A stretch of DNA of 64,000 bases from Octopus sinensis (lineage: Eukaryota): NCBI RefSeq assembly GCF_006345805.1, contig NC_043022.1, positions 12,772,001 through 12,836,000 on the forward strand, read 5' to 3'. The notes beneath the pieces were generated by a model. It saw only the letters and a list, made by a program, of their open reading frames with translations, was not told where the DNA came from and did not search any database. Positions 60,890 through 64,000 of this stretch are shown piece by piece (positions within the stretch are counted from its first letter, which is position 1; each line of letters starts with the position of its first letter). The position numbers and the translations under genes are program-made.

Positions 60890-63085
60890 AGGGCGGCGAA
60901 CTGGCAGAAACGTTAGCGCGCCAGGCAAAATGCTTAGCGGTATTTCGTCTGCCGTTACGTTGTGAGTTCAAATTCCGCCGAGGTCGACTTTGCCTTTCAT
61001 CCTTTCGGGGTCGATTAATTAAGTACCAGTTACGTACTGGGGGTTGATGTAATCGACTTAATACCTATGTCTGTCCTTGTTTGTCCCCTCTATGTTTAGC
61101 CCCTTGTGGGTAATAAAGAAATAGGTATTTCGTCTGTCGTTACGTTCTGAGTTCAAATTCCGCCGAGGTCGACTTTGCCTTTCATCCTTTCGGGGTCGAT
61201 AAATAAAGTACCAGTTTCGTACTGAGGTCGATGTAATCGACTTAATCCCTTTGTCTGTCTTTGTTTGTCCCCTCTATGTTTAGCCCCTTGTGGATAGTAA
61301 AGAAATATATATGGCTGTGATTTGAAAGAGACCAGGCTGCTGTTTCTAGCAGACTGAGTGACCACGTAGAAGCTAACTGCTCGACTTATCAGAAAGTCAA
61401 CAGAAAGGATGAAAAGCAAAAATCGACCTCGGCGGAATTTGAACTCAAGACATAATACTGAAAGATGGAATGTTCTTTGACCTTCTCTCTGTCATATAAC
61501 AACTCACTTGCCATGTCTTTAGAATCTGTTAATACTTTAACCGCGCCGGATAAAGTGTTTAACGGCATTTGTTCCGACTTTACATTCTTAGTTCAAATGC
61601 CGTCGAAGTCGACTTTGCTTTTCATAATTTCGAGGTCGTTAAAATAAGTACTTGTTGACTACTGGGGTCGATGTAATCAGCTTCTCCACCCCTTAAAAGT
61701 GCTGGCTATGCGCCAAAATAAATAAATAGTATTTTAACAAAACTTAGGCTGCAAGCTGACGTGTTTCGGACAAACTGCTTGGCTGCATTTCGTCCGTCCT
61801 TACGTTCTGAGTTCAAATTCCGCTGAGGCTGACTTTACCTTTCATCCTTTCGGGGTCAGTAAATACCATTTGAGCACTGGGGTCGATGTAATCGAATCCC
61901 CGACCCTTAAAATGACTGGTTTTGAACCATAATAAGAAAAGAATATTTTAACAATACCTAAAATGGCGAGCTGGCAAAATAATTTGTTAGCACACCGAGG
62001 AAAAATGCTTAGCGGCATTTCGTCCGTCTTTACGTTCTGATTTCAAATTCCACTGAGGTCGACTTTGCCTTTCATCCCTTCGGTGTTGATAAATTACCAG
62101 TTACGCACTGACCATGAGCAGAAATAGTGGGGAGCATCATAGCCATGTGTTGAGAGGGATTCTTTGGGGTTTGAATAATTCACCTTTGGAAACAGGGGTG
62201 TTTCGTTCAACATCCTTAAACAAACCTTATTCAGGGACATTTTGAGCGGGATGGGTTACTCGACCAGAAGAAAATTCTAACTGGGCCCCACCTGCAAGGT
62301 CATGTGCTGTTTATCTTGATATGAGATCACCTTGTCGCGCACATATGGTTGTGATACATGTGCCTAGTGTACCCTTATCAGACGGGTAGTCATGATGGGT
62401 ATACTGGGCTTCGTATATTTTACCCCAGTGTCACTTTGATGGCATGCTCTGCTCGCTCACTCAATAATAATAATAATAATAATAAGGGAGGTGGGATAAG
62501 AGATTGGTTTCAAATTTTGACACAAGGACAGTAATTTCAGGGTAGGAAGTAAGCTGATTATATCGACTCAGTTCAAGTGGTATTTATTTTATTGACCCCG
62601 AAAGGATGAAAGGCAAAGTCGATCTCGGCGGAATTTGAACTCAGAACGTAAAGATGGATGAAATGCCGCTAAGCATTCCACCCGGCGTGCTAACGTTTCT
62701 GGTAGCCCGTCGTTGGTTTCAATTTTTGGCACACGTCCGTCATTACATCGACCTCAGTACTCGACTGATACTCATTTTATCGATCCCAAATGATAAACGG
62801 CAAAGTCGACCTCGGCAGAATTTGAATTCATAACGAAAAGACGGACGAAATACCTATTTCTTTACTACCCACAAGGGGCTAAACATAGAGGGGGACAAAC
62901 AAGGACAGACATAGGTATTAAGTCGATTACATCGACCCCAGTGCGCAATTGGTACTTAATTTATCGACCCCGAAAGGATGAAAGGCAAAGTCGACCTCGG
63001 CGGAATTTGAACTCGTAACGTAAAGACGGACGAAATGCCGCTAAGCATTTTGTCCAGCGTGCTAACGAATCTGCCAACTCACTGC
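60890..63085. mobile_element. Dense cluster of family A SINEs in both orientations plus a LINE-type 3' end (~62110-62485, (AAT)n tail)
   Basis: At least seven full or partial SINE-A copies, including dimers at 60890-61305(+) and ~62740-63085(-). Confidence 0.8.
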
Positions 63086-63254
63086 CCAAGGTAGTGGAGG
63101 GGGATAAAATATTGAAACAATTTTTTTACAGGATCATTCCAGTCTCCCTCTTAACTGATTTTGTTAATTGCGTATTTCTAAACGAAATTCTCCGGAGATA
63201 TTTTAGATGTTATACATTACGGTTATATGGGGAGAGCAAATTGAAAGACAGGTT

Positions 63255-63675
63255 GGCAATTTTTCATCTCTAGTAGACCTTTCCGTCGATTTCCGTAAAA
63301 AAATATTTTTTTTTACATATGGGCTTGCGGGAACTTTTGAAGTAATGAGAGCGAAAGAGACTAAGAGAAAGCGATTGTATGACGAGGGAAGTTCTTTTGA
63401 AGTTACCGTGCATGGCAAGCATTGATGTACATGTGTGTGTGTGTGTTTGATGGGGTGTGGGAGACAGACAGTATGTTGTATAAGTGAAGTGCTTCTGTTA
63501 GTGTGTGTGAAGAGACAGAGAGTAATGTGTGAAAGAGAGAGATAACTGAAATTTTTTACTCGGTGTATGTGTATATGTATGTATATTACTTCAAAAGTTC
63601 CCGCGAGCCCATATGTAAAAAAAAAAATTTTCTACGGAAATCGACGGAAAGGTCTACTAGAGACGAAAGATCGCC
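63255..63675 (+). mobile_element. Unclassified TIR element (421 bp, ~80-90-bp TIRs, 6-bp TSD CAGGTT); partial copies at 59095-59220(+) and 59630-59998(-)
   Basis: GGCRATYTTTCRTCTCTAGTAGACC... / ...GGTCTACTAGAGACGAAAGATCGCC; CAGGTT at 63249-54 and 63676-81. Confidence 0.82.
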
Positions 63676-64000
63676 CAGGTTTATTTAGTAGAATTCGGGG
63701 TCACTAATTTTCAGTATGGATTTTAATTAATGGTCTGGGAACATATAAGAGTGATGCTTCAAAACTCAGAAGGAACCTCGCAACGCCATATTAATTATTT
63801 TTTTTAACGTATCATTCCATCTCCTTTTAGACTATGCTAAATGTGTACTTTTTCAATGAAATTTTCATGTCTTCGGTGAAGTAAATTATAAAAATTTGGA
63901 AGAAAAAAGGGAGTTGTACTTGGAGAAATTTTTGTAATGCCCTTCCTTCTCCTGAAAAGAAGAACGAAAAAAAATTTTATTTTTCCTTTGAGCTGAAACT

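Noticed and set aside
39200-64000. Second protein-coding gene or downstream M13 paralog
   Set aside because: No M13 motifs or chain of phase-compatible exons was found. Candidate 50330-50410 has an acceptor-like site, but frames are closed or uninformative. Small exons could still be missed without RNA data.

Overview
Eukaryotic, AT-rich and extremely rich in microsatellites, SINEs and LINE remnants. The repeat families suggest an octopus or other coleoid cephalopod genome (inference from recalled repeat families, not a database match). One protein-coding gene is supported: a + strand neprilysin/ECE-like M13 zinc metallopeptidase. I traced 18 GT-AG coding exons by hand from 1943 to the TAA stop at 39123-39125. 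All splice phases are consistent, giving ~611 aa in the window with [21 protein letters not shown] and a C-terminal CQVW; the N-terminal exons lie upstream of the window. No gene is supported in 39.2-64 kb. The remainder is transposon debris: three tRNA-headed SINE families, RTE and CR1 LINE 3' ends, a decayed Penelope RT, Helitrons, and Tc1/mariner, hAT, piggyBac-type and unclassified TIR MITEs, plus minisatellites. The most notable signal is a set of 10 minimal type I hammerhead-ribozyme motifs from six sequence-unrelated families. Four of them sit in a tandemly duplicated 87-bp-arm palindromic cassette inside intron w6, where each sense ribozyme is base-paired to its own antisense copy; a ribozyme-deleted copy of the same cassette occurs at 42 kb.
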